In this document: positions 24,168 to 36,036 of the stretch, in pieces
Layout: the number at the start of each line of letters is the position of its first letter
How positions within the stretch are numbered: position 1 is the stretch's first letter
From: Octopus sinensis
Lineage: Eukaryota
Reading direction: 5' to 3'
NCBI RefSeq assembly: GCF_006345805.1
Contig: NC_043010.1
Location: 21,824,001-21,888,000 of the forward strand
DNA length: 64,000 nucleotides
Program-made: the position numbers and the translations under genes
The notes under the pieces: generated by a model
Databases searched by the model: none
What the model saw: only the letters and a program-made list of their open reading frames with translations
What the model was told of the DNA's origin: nothing

Positions 24168-24250
<83 letters not shown>
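22740..24250. repeat. Compound tetranucleotide satellites: (TATC)/(TGTC) at 22740-22980 and (GATA)/(GACA) at 23685-24250
   Basis: Direct read. The two blocks are in opposite orientation. Confidence 0.9.
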
Positions 24251-24650
24251 GTTTCTTTATTGGCCACACAGGGCTGCGCACAGATGGGACAAGTTACAAG
24301 GTAGAGCTTTTCTTTTGGGGGTTGAAGAGAACAAAAAACAAAAGAAAAAAAGGGTGTGGCGTAGGTTTTCGATCAAGAGGGATCGTAAAAGGGGAGAAAA
24401 GAATAAAAACAAAAAAAAAATTGAATAAAATAAAAAGAATAAAAAGAAAGAAAAAGAAAACGAAAGGGAACAAAAGGAAAGAGAAATGAAAAAAGAAGAA
24501 AAAAGGGGAAAAAAAGGGGAAGAGGAAAAAAAAGAACGATCAATAGGGATCGTATATCACAGTGTTATGATATATGGTGTAAAGGGGAAAGCAAGTAAGG
24601 TTTATCCGTGGGAAGAAAAGCCTACGAAAAAGACCACAGTAACCTTGGTC
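24251..24650 (-). mobile_element. Tx1-family LINE 3' UTR copy ending in (TATC)n
   Basis: GTTTCTTTATTGGCCACACAGGGCTGCGCACAGAT...ACAAGGTAGAGCTTTTC matches 25416-25740. Confidence 0.85.
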
Positions 24651-24698
24651 AATAATAATAATAATCCTAGACAGAAATTTATAAACAGTTAATGAATT

Positions 24699-24828
24699 GC
24701 TACGCGCGTTTCCACGAATCGAATGACTCTTAAAATCACAGTCCATGATCCTGGCATGATTACGGTGTAGTCCGTAGAATCCATGGGCATCCGGTTGATC
24801 ACCATCATTGATTCACTTCTTCAGGCGG
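24699..24828 (-). ncRNA. Decayed type I HHR motif with long loop II
   Basis: Minus strand: CCGC-CTGAAGA-AG-TGAATC...(about 90 nt)...GATTCG-TG-GAAAC-GCGC-GTA-GC. Stem III ACGCGCGT is palindromic; stem I is only 2 bp. Confidence 0.45.
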
Positions 24829-25257
24829 TATATATTTAGTGCATGTACCACAAAGGGATATTTTTACTAGTATGGAGATCAAGCGAGTTATAACGAAATA
24901 GGAGCTTTATATGCTTTTTCAAAACGTTTCCTGTACGCAGATTGAATATATACATATACATACATACATACATACATACATACATACATACATACATACA
25001 TTCATATATACATACATATATATATATATATATATGTATGATCCAACAACTGTTCTCTCTACACATTCTCGTTGAATCCACCATGTGTTAAGATATACCT
25101 CCTTGCGACAATGTAAAATTCCATTTCATCAAGATACCCTTGGCCTGAAGTATGGCATTCAGTACATACCTCGCTTGGATATTCATATCTACTACGTTCC
25201 TTAACTTCTATATATAGACACACTCATATATATATATATGCGGGCATGTGCGTGTAT

Positions 25258-25297
<40 letters not shown>

Positions 25298-25346
25298 TAG
25301 GTATATATATATAATATGTGCGTGTATGTAGTCTATGTTGATGCTA

Positions 25347-25378
<32 letters not shown>

Positions 25379-25415
25379 AGATTATATACAGAGAGAGAGA
25401 GACACACATAGATAT

Positions 25416-26703
25416 GTTTCTTTATTAGCCACATAGGGCTGCACACAGATAGAAACAAATTACAAGGTAGAGCTTTTCTTTGAAGGTATTAAAAAAAAAA
25501 AAAAAAAAAAAAGGAAGGGGGAGGTTCGATCAAAGGGATCGTAAAAGGAGGGAAAGAGACAACAAAATAGGGGGGTTAAAAAAAAAAAAAAAAAAAAAGG
25601 GGGAGAGGAAAAAAAATGATCAATAGGGATCGTTATCACAGAAATGTCAATATGAAGGTGTAAAGGGGAGGACAGGTGAGGTTTACCCGTGGAAAGAAAA
25701 GCCTGCGGAAAAGACCACGGTAACCTCGGTCAATGAAGTCACATTTTATATTTCTTTTTTTTTTTTTTTTTTTATTTTGCAAATAAGCAACTCTCTGTTT
25801 TCGATTTCTGGGTTCATAGGACTATGCTCAAGGTGGCTTCGTCATTCATACGTGCCATTCTTGCTACATTCACCCATCTTTTTTTAAAACATTCGCTAGA
25901 CAAAAACTTGCTCTCTACTCTCACTTTCCTTTTCAAGTGGTACTTGAAGAAGTTGATGAGAGATTGACCAGAGAGGAAAGTGTTTGTCTCCAATCCTTTC
26001 AGACGCGTCCACCAGATACATTCTTTCGCCATAGCCACAAGGATGATGAAAATAGCTCTTCCTTCCCGTTTGAAGGAAGGAGGCGTGACAATATTGACGA
26101 TAGACTCAGCTGATAAACCGACTCGTCCCACACGTGACAGCAGTTGTTCGACATAAGCCCACAGGTCGGAAATTGTTGGACACTGAACGAGTGCGTGCAG
26201 AACGGTTTCGTCGCTCTGACCGCATCGCGGGCAGGTCGGCCCCGTGTTCTCGAGCCGTGTCTGTAGAGCTTATCCCGAACGGGTAGCGCTTCTCGGTAGC
26301 ACTGCCAGGCCAGGGATCTCTGGAAGTTGTCCATGGGCCCTGGCCGAAAGTCGTCCGAACAGGCGGTCAGGTACTCCTCGTCGACGTCCAGGTTCGCCCC
26401 GAGCTCGTCGTCGTACCTCCCCTCCACTAAGCCCCTATAGAATGCTTTGGTTGTGTTGAAGTCACTTAAGGTCGACCCAGGACGGCAGAGTTGCTTGAGA
26501 GCACGCGACACTCGCGGTGCCATTCGCCCTTCCTCGGCCTCTTTTTATCCACGACTGCAGTTCGGTCATGGAGACGAGCTGCGGGAAAGCGTGCCTCACA
26601 AACGGCGACCACACCTGTTCACCGTCGTCTACATAGAGCCAGAGATGTCGCAGTCTCAGCGCGTGTCTGCGCATCATCAACCACGGCATGCCCAGCCCTC
26701 CTT
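25416..26703 (-). mobile_element. 5'-truncated Tx1/L1-clade LINE (zf-RVT C-terminal region plus 3' UTR)
   Basis: QGGLGMPWLMMRRHALRLRHLW...LPVRDKLYRHG...(C)PRCGQSDETVLHALVQCP...RWVNVARM. The UTR ends AATAAAGAAAC, and a (TATC)n tract abuts the 5' junction. Confidence 0.92.
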
Positions 26704-26783
<80 letters not shown>

Positions 26784-27705
26784 TTTAGATTTATCTCTCT
26801 AAATACATCATACATATCTTAATAAATATAAGATAGCGTTTATACAATGAGATAGTGAACTTAGAACCGCGAAGACGTATTTGTGTAAGTCATCGTGTTT
26901 CAATATAATCACTTCTGACAGCCATTTTCGTTTGGAACTGTTATTAATTAACTCTAAGGCACAACAGATATTTAGAGAACGATTTATATATTATTCATGA
27001 ATCAACAAAGTTCACTCGTTCTATGAACGATTTTTCACTTTACTTTCCTATAAAAACTGCCTTTGACATTCTTTTCAAGCATTTTATCAAAACTGATTAT
27101 ATATTAATTATTTAACAGCAATGTTGATTGATGGCTTTTAGAATTCATACTTCTTTAACGATGTTGTTTAAACGAGTAACTAAAAGTCACTCTTGTCGTT
27201 GTTCAACGATATACCCACAATGCAATAGTCACTTTGCACACTGTACTGACACAATTTACGCTCAGAAACATAAATAGCAGACAAATTAAATAACAATGTT
27301 GTTTAATTCTATTGTCTATTGGTCACGAGTTATGTCGTCAACGTTTTCTTTTTCATTTGGTCACATGATACAGTATACTCTCTTTCGTTAGCAGTTGCTT
27401 TTCTTTCATTCTCTTTGTCTTCCTGATAGTAGCAAACGGCTATCCACTCATTCTATCTCTCTCTCTCCCTCATTCTCAATCTCTCTCCTTCTCTCTCCCG
27501 CTCTTCGCTTCTGTAACAACTGTCAGTTTTGTCTTATTCTCTGGTGATAACGCCATCTCTCATCTTGTCCTCTACCTCACTCTCTCTCTCCCTCTTTCTC
27601 TCTCTCTCTCTTTCTCTCTCTCTCTTCCTCTCTCTCTCTCTCTCTCGTGGTCGCAATATCTACGCTTTATATTTTTATTTCTTTATTGAACTCATTCACT
27701 GTCAT

Positions 27706-27736
<31 letters not shown>

Positions 27737-28937
27737 ATCTCGCTCTCTTCAGCCACATTTCACACTCCCACCTTCCATTTATCTCTCACATCACCTTTTG
27801 CTCCCATCGCCTCTCTCCTGCCCTGTTTCTTCCTCTCTTTTACGCATCTTTCAATGCCCTCTTTCCGCTCTCTAACAATACACACACAGAATTCACTGCT
27901 TACATATATATGTGCTTCTATAATAAACTGAATCTAAAGATCAACAACAAGCAATCCGATGTCAGGAGAGGTAGAGCAAAGGGGGGGAACAGAGAGAGAG
28001 CGAGAGAGAGAGAAAGACTGATAGAGATGAATGTAAAGATAAAGAGAGAGAAAAAAGAATGGAGGAGAGTAGAATATGTCATTAGTTGATAACTAATCGA
28101 ATTTTCATCCAGATATATGTAGATGCAGAATATAAAACAACAGACATGAACTTGTTATTTATTTTGTTCAGTTTTATAGCAATTGATTATGTTTACAGCG
28201 TAGAATTCTGCGTGCAAAATAATCTCTCATCGATTTTCAAACAGAATTGATCTCAACCATATATTTCATGCTATGGAAACAAAATAAAATAAAGATGTCG
28301 ATAACTTAACAAAATGAATGTACAACAAAAAGAAGAATAACGAACGAAACAAAAAGTTTTTAAAAAATCAACAACAAACGAATCAAAACAAAATATATAA
28401 AACAAAATGGTTTCGTTGAGAAAAACAAAACTGAAGATGTCCAGTAACAAATGAAATAAATAGACAGTATGAAGTCTCTTTATGTTCTGCTAGGAAGGAG
28501 CAAAAAACAAAATTGACAACAAAGGACAGGAAAAGCAAAATAACAAAATCTCTCTTTCCAGATGCTTCTATTCCTCTACGTTCTACACGTGATCTATGTG
28601 ACCTTTCGTGGATAACAAAACCTGGTGTATTTTTGTTTTCTCGAAATTACCTGGCGGAACATTGGTGTAGAAAGCCAGAACAATAGGAACCACGTTTTAA
28701 AGACAATTTCAAATATTACAAGAATAAAACAACTTTAAATTTAGTTTTAATCTTTTTTTTTTCATTAGAATGGAATCAACATTTAAACTTTCTGTACTCT
28801 CTTTAACTAAAATTCCAAATAAAATTCAAAACAAAAGATATAGTATATAACCTTGCCTTATGCCTTGCTGTTTTCGAACATAGATCACGAATGGTATGTA
28901 TCTACATCTTTTGTCAAACAAAACATAGAATACTTAC

Positions 28938-29100
28938 CATTTTGATAGACAGTACTTTGTTTTTGGTCACGAGGATGAGGATTGTGTTAATAATATTGCA
29001 TTAGATTTTACGAACAGAGCATAACTAAAAAACAAAGACCTCCAGTGAAGGAAAAAGCCACAAAGGATGTTGGACTACCTTGTGCTGTGGAAGGTCAATT
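28938..29100 (-). other. Candidate 5' exon ending in ATG at a consensus donor
   Basis: Minus strand CTATCAAAATG|GTAAGTA in a TE-poor island. The upstream boundary is unknown. Confidence 0.3.
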
Positions 29101-29635
29101 AGTTTGAACTTAGCAGCCGACTTCTACAATTGAAGACAGATGCAAATCAAGATCGATCTCTGTGGAATTAGGAACGCAAATGGGGAAGAGACATAAAGGA
29201 AATACTAACCTTTTTTTCACATATTGGTAGCATGTCTCAAAGAGTAACAAACTTTGGACAGTCTTTTTGCAATTTTTGATAGGGTTCAGCAAAATGAGGC
29301 TGGAATTGAATTCCTGGATGTGAAAATGGGGGATTTTCTTCATCATCATCAGTGGAATTACTTACAACAGTCAACCAGCGAAGCTATATTCCGTTTTCTT
29401 TTGTCATATCTTCCTTCACTTGTTCCAATCAAGAAGAATGTTAGTCGAACGAAACGACTGCAGCACATATTTTTATTTTTTAAGACTAGTTCTTAGTCTT
29501 ATGCCAAACCGTTAAGTTAGGGAACGTAAACATGCCAACACCGGTTGTCAAGCGGTGGCGGGAGGAATCACAAACACAAAGAAACACAAACAGTATAATA
29601 TATCTATCTATCTTTCTACCTTTCTCTCTATCTAA

Positions 29636-29694
<59 letters not shown>

Positions 29695-29698
29695 ACCG

Positions 29699-29766
<68 letters not shown>

Positions 29767-29772
29767 ATATAT

Positions 29773-29814
<42 letters not shown>

Positions 29815-29849
29815 TTAATATATACTAACGATAATATTAATAATCCATA

Positions 29850-30480
29850 GATAGAATTGATAAATATTTATTGCATCACCACGCGCATTTTTCTTGTAGA
29901 CCAGTTGATTGTATGTGTCACTCCATTCCGATTGAGCCTCCAGATGATGGCAGATAATGATGTGCAGTGATTTTTCGTCTATTTGTAAAGTACGTAAGAT
30001 GGCAGCGCAAACGATTTTTCATGGTGTCTCCGGTTCCACCAATGTACACATCTTTTAGTGCATCCCACTTCACTTCACATTTGTAAACAACGTTCTTTGC
30101 CATGCAGTTACTAAAGTTGCATTCATTTTTCCCTCTACAGTTACATGCCATATTATCTTTTCTGGTTTTGCATACGGGATTATTATTAGTACTCACATTA
30201 TTCCTTCCTCCTGCAAGAGTATTTTTCTCAGGTGGTATGCCGTTGTATGGACCTGTTCCTGTTGTGGGGAACATTCATATTCGCAACCGTTCCCTTGTCG
30301 TTGCTCTTTTGCTTTGCTTTGCGGTTTTTCCGTAAGCTACATTTAAACTTACCGCATTAATTTATGTTATTTAATTTGTCTATGTGGTATTCTAGATTGT
30401 GTGATATCCCGTATGCTAATTTCACATTATGCCTGTTAATGATTTTGTGATATTTGCTAGATTTAGGGAAGTGCTTATCT
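29850..30480 (-). mobile_element. Penelope-like element fragment (GIY-YIG endonuclease)
   Basis: ORF 29918-30274 CNCRGKNECNFSNCMAKNVVYKCEV..DVYIGGTGDTMKNRLRCH matches the Cys-rich GIY-YIG layout of PLEs. Confidence 0.85.
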
Positions 30481-30563
30481 AATGCCGAGAAGAAAATCTT
30501 ACCTAATTTGGAGTTTTTTTTATTTGCGAATTGAAAATGGGTTCAACCAAATAATTTCACACA

Positions 30564-30634
<71 letters not shown>

Positions 30635-31059
30635 CTATAATATATATATATATATATTATATATATATATATAACAACGAATTAAAAGCAGTGCCAGTGT
30701 TATAAACTTATTCACCATACATACTCAATGTATGTGTTGCATATGTTCGTCGGTTTGCTGTGCCATAGCGCCTGAGGTACGACTCCCTCATTACGCTGGG
30801 TGTTAAAAGATCCCGAACATCATAGACAATGACACAACCTCTCCCACGATCACATTCACGAGTGATGGATACCTATATTTCGCCATTTTGGGGGCTTATC
30901 CACATAACGAACCTGAATCGAAGCGGGGGCGAATCGAATCGCCACTCTAAAGCAATATAAAATAAGGTAAAAAGTTTTTGCCACGGTGATACATACGTAA
31001 GCTTAAATTCAATAACGAATAGAGCATATGTGGTCAATAATATTTACAAAATTTGCACT

Positions 31060-31240
31060 ACTTTTCACTGAGTAAGTGCGGTCGATACGATGGACTTCTT
31101 TCAGTTTCCGTCTACCAAATCCACTTACAAGGCTTTGGTCGGCACGAGGCCATAGTAGGAGACATTTGCCTACGGTGCCGCGCTGTGGGACTGAACCCAT
31201 AACCATGTAGTTAGGAAACAAACTTCTTACCACACAGCCT
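31060..31240 (-). mobile_element. SINE family A, 5' half
   Basis: Reverse complement of the GCTGTGTGGTAAGAAG...GGTAGACGGAAACTGAAAGAAG block. Confidence 0.85.
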
Positions 31241-31516
31241 CAGCTGCATCTATACAACACATTCTCACTTGAAAATTAGGAAGAATGATTCTCTTGGCAG
31301 TTTCTGAACAATTATTTCTTTCTTGGAACTGAATAGAAATTAAGCATTTGTTTACAAAGTTTCACGAAAGTCCAACAGGGAAGTGGTTGTTAAGAAATGC
31401 TAAACAACTCTCTAGGATGAAGGTAATAAAAAAAGGTAAGGGAGCGACACATTAAAAACGATGTCAACTGGGAGATAAGATAGAGGTTGTGTTCATTGGT
31501 TTCAGTTATATCTTAC

Positions 31517-31908
31517 CAGTGATACCTCCACAAAAACTCGAACAGTCTACAAATGAATTATTTTGGAGATCAGCTGTCCTGTCTGTTTCCTTAAAAATTT
31601 GCTACGAGTTTGAAAGGAAAGAATTCTTGCCGATAGTAACGGATTAGTGGATCCAACTCTTGAAATGCAGTGCTTAAAATTAAGATTAGTTGATATAGGT
31701 GTTCTAATTGCAGGTTTTTCTTCAAGTATTGCTACCATTCTTATTCTGAAGGAATAACCTTCCTTTCGAGTTCCTCTGTGACTTATCATAACTGAACTCT
31801 GTTTCTGTGATACTGAAAAGAACTCTAGAATCGGACAACTTCTTAAGATATGCCAAATGAGTGTCTGAGGTGAAGGCACAATGATACACAGGAGAGCTGT
31901 GTGGATAT
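31517..31908 (-). CDS. Candidate host-gene exon (392 nt), product unknown
   Basis: Acceptor TATAATATCTTTCCAG| and donor CTG|GTAAGA in non-repetitive sequence. One frame stays open for 120 codons (DIHTALL...KIIHL*). Confidence 0.35.
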
Positions 31909-32244
31909 CTGGAAAGATATTATAGGAATTTCCTAACAAATCCTAACAACTGAGAGTGGATGTTAAATGGGGACCAGCCAGAGACCAAAAACAGATTAAA
32001 AATGGTAGTGAAATTCACGTTTGCCCTAAATGCTCTTTCCTTCGGAGAAACGTAAAAACCTTCAATCGCTTTGCAGATATAGGCACAAATGTGTTTCTGT
32101 TCTTAAGGGGCTTACTTTGCTATCTCGAAGTTACAGGTTCAGCGCCACTGCGCGGCACCTTGGACAAATGTCTTCTAATATAGCCCCCGGTAAATCAATG
32201 CCGTGTGTGTGAATTTGAGTGAAATTGTGGGGAGGGCCATTTGC

Positions 32245-32290
<46 letters not shown>

Positions 32291-32414
32291 TTATAAATTT
32301 AAATAATATAGTGAAAAATTGAATATTAATTTGATTAATATCAATTTAAAACCAGTGGCCTAGCATATTTCTAAAAACTGAAGATTCAGAAAAATTATAT
32401 TACATACATATAAC

Positions 32415-32548
32415 GGATGACCACTACGTGGACATCTATTATGCCAGAGGTCTGCCCACTAAGAAAATATTGTTGTCAAACTTTTCTTAGTGGTCAGACC
32501 ATATGGGGTCTACCTCTAGCATAATGGATGACCACTTAGTGATCATCC
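32415..32548. repeat. Imperfect inverted repeat (about 55-65-bp arms) between (TA)n tracts
   Basis: GGATGACCACTA...TTATGCCAGAGGTCTGCCCACTAAGAAAA pairs with TTTTCTTAGTGGTCAGACC...CCTCTAGCATAA...GTGATCATCC. Confidence 0.7.
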
Positions 32549-32729
32549 CTCTTATATAATTATATATATTATATATTATATATTATATATATATGTATAT
32601 ATATATTATAATATATATATATAATATATATATATATACCAGGGGCTGATGAAAAGTTCCTGGTTTTGAGTAAAACAAAATACAGGAGGGGCCTACAAAA
32701 GTACTTATCTCTGTCCGTCTATCTATCTA

Positions 32730-32804
<75 letters not shown>

Positions 32805-32936
32805 TAGGTAGGTAGGTACAATAAATTCCGGATGAATACTTGATAAATGTAAGTACCTGTATATGCCAGCTAGTAGCATAGTTGAGAGGATATATGTATC
32901 AAATGAAATAAATGAAAAACAGGACACAAAGGATGT

Positions 32937-33031
32937 TGCGGTACATATGTTTCGAGCTTTATAGAACAACTTATTCTTACATCAATGCATAATCAACATA
33001 ACAGATAGTTCAAAAGCCCTCTTCAGCCGCA
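32937..33031 (-). ncRNA. Type I hammerhead ribozyme, canonical core (left-arm copy)
   Basis: Reverse complement of 33222-33316, with stems I, II, III and the core intact. Confidence 0.8.
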
Positions 33032-33221
33032 TGCAATTGCTACACCAAAGAAAACGATATGGACGATTTGTTTTGGAGTTTAATAATACCATGTACGCCG
33101 ATGAAGATTTACAAACATACTTTCCCAATGATACCCCGTTTACCTACCATTATAAACAATACCAAATGTTTTTTCTCAAACCTTTCATAATGTGATACAA
33201 GTCTTTGGTGTAGCAATTGCA

Positions 33222-33316
33222 TGCGGCTGAAGAGGGCTTTTGAACTATCTGTTATGTCGATTATGCATTGATGTAAGAATAAGTTGTTCTATAAAGCTCG
33301 AAACATATGTACCGCA
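33222..33316 (+). ncRNA. Type I hammerhead ribozyme, canonical core, long loop II
   Basis: TGCGG-CTGAAGA-GGGCTTT...(52 nt)...AAAGCTC-GAAAC-ATAT-GTA-CCGCA: 5-bp stem I, 7-bp stem II, palindromic stem III ACATATGT. Predicted cleavage after A33311. Confidence 0.8.
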
Positions 33317-33375
33317 ACATCCTTTGTGTCCTGTTTTTCATTTATTTCATTTGATACACACACACACACATACAG

Positions 33376-33425
<50 letters not shown>

Positions 33426-34853
33426 GTGTGTGTGTGTGTGTCTGAGTGTATACATATGTAAACATGTGTAAATGTATATCTTTACGTTGCGATTTGTTCT
33501 CTATCTCTCTCTCTCTCTCTCTCACACGCACACTTGAAAACTGGTGTTGTTTTGTTTACATCACCGTAACATTAGCAGGCAATGCTTTTTGTTCTTGAGC
33601 AAAACACTTCATTTACTCCAGTCCACTCATCTGGTAGAAGTAATCTTTCAACGGGCCAATGTCCTGTCCAGGGAGATATAAATACGCTAGAATAACCGAG
33701 GAAGCAGCGCCATGCTTCTTGTGAAGAATTGTGGGCTCACCATAAACTAAAAGACTTTGCAGTGGATCACTGTCCTGTAAAATTTTTAATTTCACTGGAA
33801 TCTTCAGGAAAATCAACTGACGTACTTCAATAATCAAAATTCCATGAATAGTGCTGTTGAGAAATTGATGTTTGCAATGCATCTAGTGTGAGGTCTGAGA
33901 TGTTTACACTGTCTATAACGGTTTCAAATTTTGACACAAGGCCAGCAATTTTGGCAAGGGTTTAAGTCAATTACATCGACACCAGTCATCAATTGGTACT
34001 TATTTTATCCACTCCAAAAAATGAAAGCCAAAGTGGATCTCGGCGGAATTTTGAACTAAATAAGTCACAGCATGTTAAAAATTCTGCTGGCTCGCTGCCT
34101 TAATATGCCATCTACATAATCGAAACTATTATTGTCAGTGAGTTCACAAATTTTGTAATTCCACTCAAACCAACAGATGTAACCTTTCCATTTACCAGAC
34201 ATGAGATTACCGAACAAATGCGCGCTGTCATGTCAATCAGGCCATCCCAGTTGCTGCAGTGCATCGTCAAGGATACTGATTCCAATATTATATAAGATCT
34301 CTGTATTTATGCATCAGATACGGGAATACATGAACTGTCCACGTGTCGGCAAAGAGAAGCGATCTATGCATTACATACAATTCTTTACATAATCTCCAAG
34401 TTATTGGAATTGGTCAAAATAAAGAATTTGGGATAGTATTCTTAGATTTATATATATAGAAAATCAATACTGCGGTATTTCCTATTGCAATCTTGATTAC
34501 CCGGAAGTCGATAGGAATAAATAACTTGCAGAGATCAACTAAAAATAATATCACACATATAAACACATACAGGTAGATATCAATATACATGCAAACACAC
34601 ACTGACACACACACACACATATATATATATACATACGCACGCATATTCTCAGAGTAAATGCGTGTGTCTATATCAGCATACGGTAATAAAAATTAAATAT
34701 AGGCGTGTGTGTTCGTAAATGTGTTTCTATCTATCTATATATCTATTTATTTACATGTATGTATGTATGTATGTATGTATGTATGTATGTATGTATGTAT
34801 GTAGTATTATGTATGCATGTATGTATATAAATAAATAAATATATATAATATAT

Positions 34854-34912
<59 letters not shown>

Positions 34913-35415
34913 TATATACATATATATATATATGTATGTATGTATATATTTATATGGAAAAAAAGTCAAGATAGGAAATGCTAAAATAATTTTATAAAAA
35001 ACATTTCACTACCGGTTCAGTCATTGAGACTATTTCATTAGTAACAATTAAATAATTAAATTTAGAAAAATTAAAAGAAAAGTTGTTTTTAAAAGAATAT
35101 TTGTATAGTGGTCAAATACAAGTGGCATTTTCCTTGTTTTTGCCTGTCTCTGACTCTCTTGTTTACTCTTGTTTGTTCGAGGTCCTTGTGAATTCTTGGT
35201 AGGGAAGAATAAGAAGAAAAAAAGGAAAGGGGAGGGGGAGAAGGAGAGAAGAAGACAATTTGGGAGTGCCAAGATAGTAGTATTTTGAATGGTCAGTGGA
35301 TGGTAGCAATCCCTGTTCAATTCATGAACAAGCCTTGTGCCAAGAATAGAAAAATGTTCAAATATTCATACGTAAATATGTGTGTGTGTGTGTGTATACG
35401 AATGTGTATTGAATA

Positions 35416-35501
<86 letters not shown>

Positions 35502-35875
35502 TTCGGCTAAATGTAAACTAAACTATCGATAAGAAACAATGAGACAGCTAATTCATCTAATCTTATCTGTGATGTTATGCTTCAAATCTGAAATGGTAAC
35601 TTAGTTTATAATATGATATTAAACTTAGCAACATGCATATGTCACATATCTATATTTGAGGAAAAGAAGGAGAACAGCAGAGATAGAATTCTGGATTAAC
35701 TGCTACACTTTGCCAATACATGTTCTGATAAGCTTAGAGTACAAGAGAAACAAATACGAGCAATGAGATGCCTTTTCATTAGCTAAAACGCGTTGAAACA
35801 CTATTATATATGTATGTGTGTAAGTATATATTAATATATATATATATATATATATCTATATTAATATATATAATC

Positions 35876-35908
<33 letters not shown>

Positions 35909-35913
35909 TAATA

Positions 35914-36004
35914 TAGCAAAAACTGTCCGATGAACGGCAACGGGAAACTCAGAGTAACAGATTTTTTGAATTTTCTGCTGCTTTAAATAAAGTAATATAT
36001 ATAT

Positions 36005-36036
<32 letters not shown>

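Larger units (their letters stand above)
32895..33358. mobile_element. Fold-back element with 157-bp inverted arms and 150-bp spacer, one HHR per arm
   Basis: 32895-33051 is the reverse complement of 33202-33358, with only a few substitutions. Confidence 0.9.

Noticed and set aside
22007-24267. Many ORFs of 70-140 aa (YIYI, LSIY, HTHT, poly-L/I/S; also 42482-43021, 44452-44863, 59520-60652)
   Set aside because: They are translations of microsatellites that lack stop codons.
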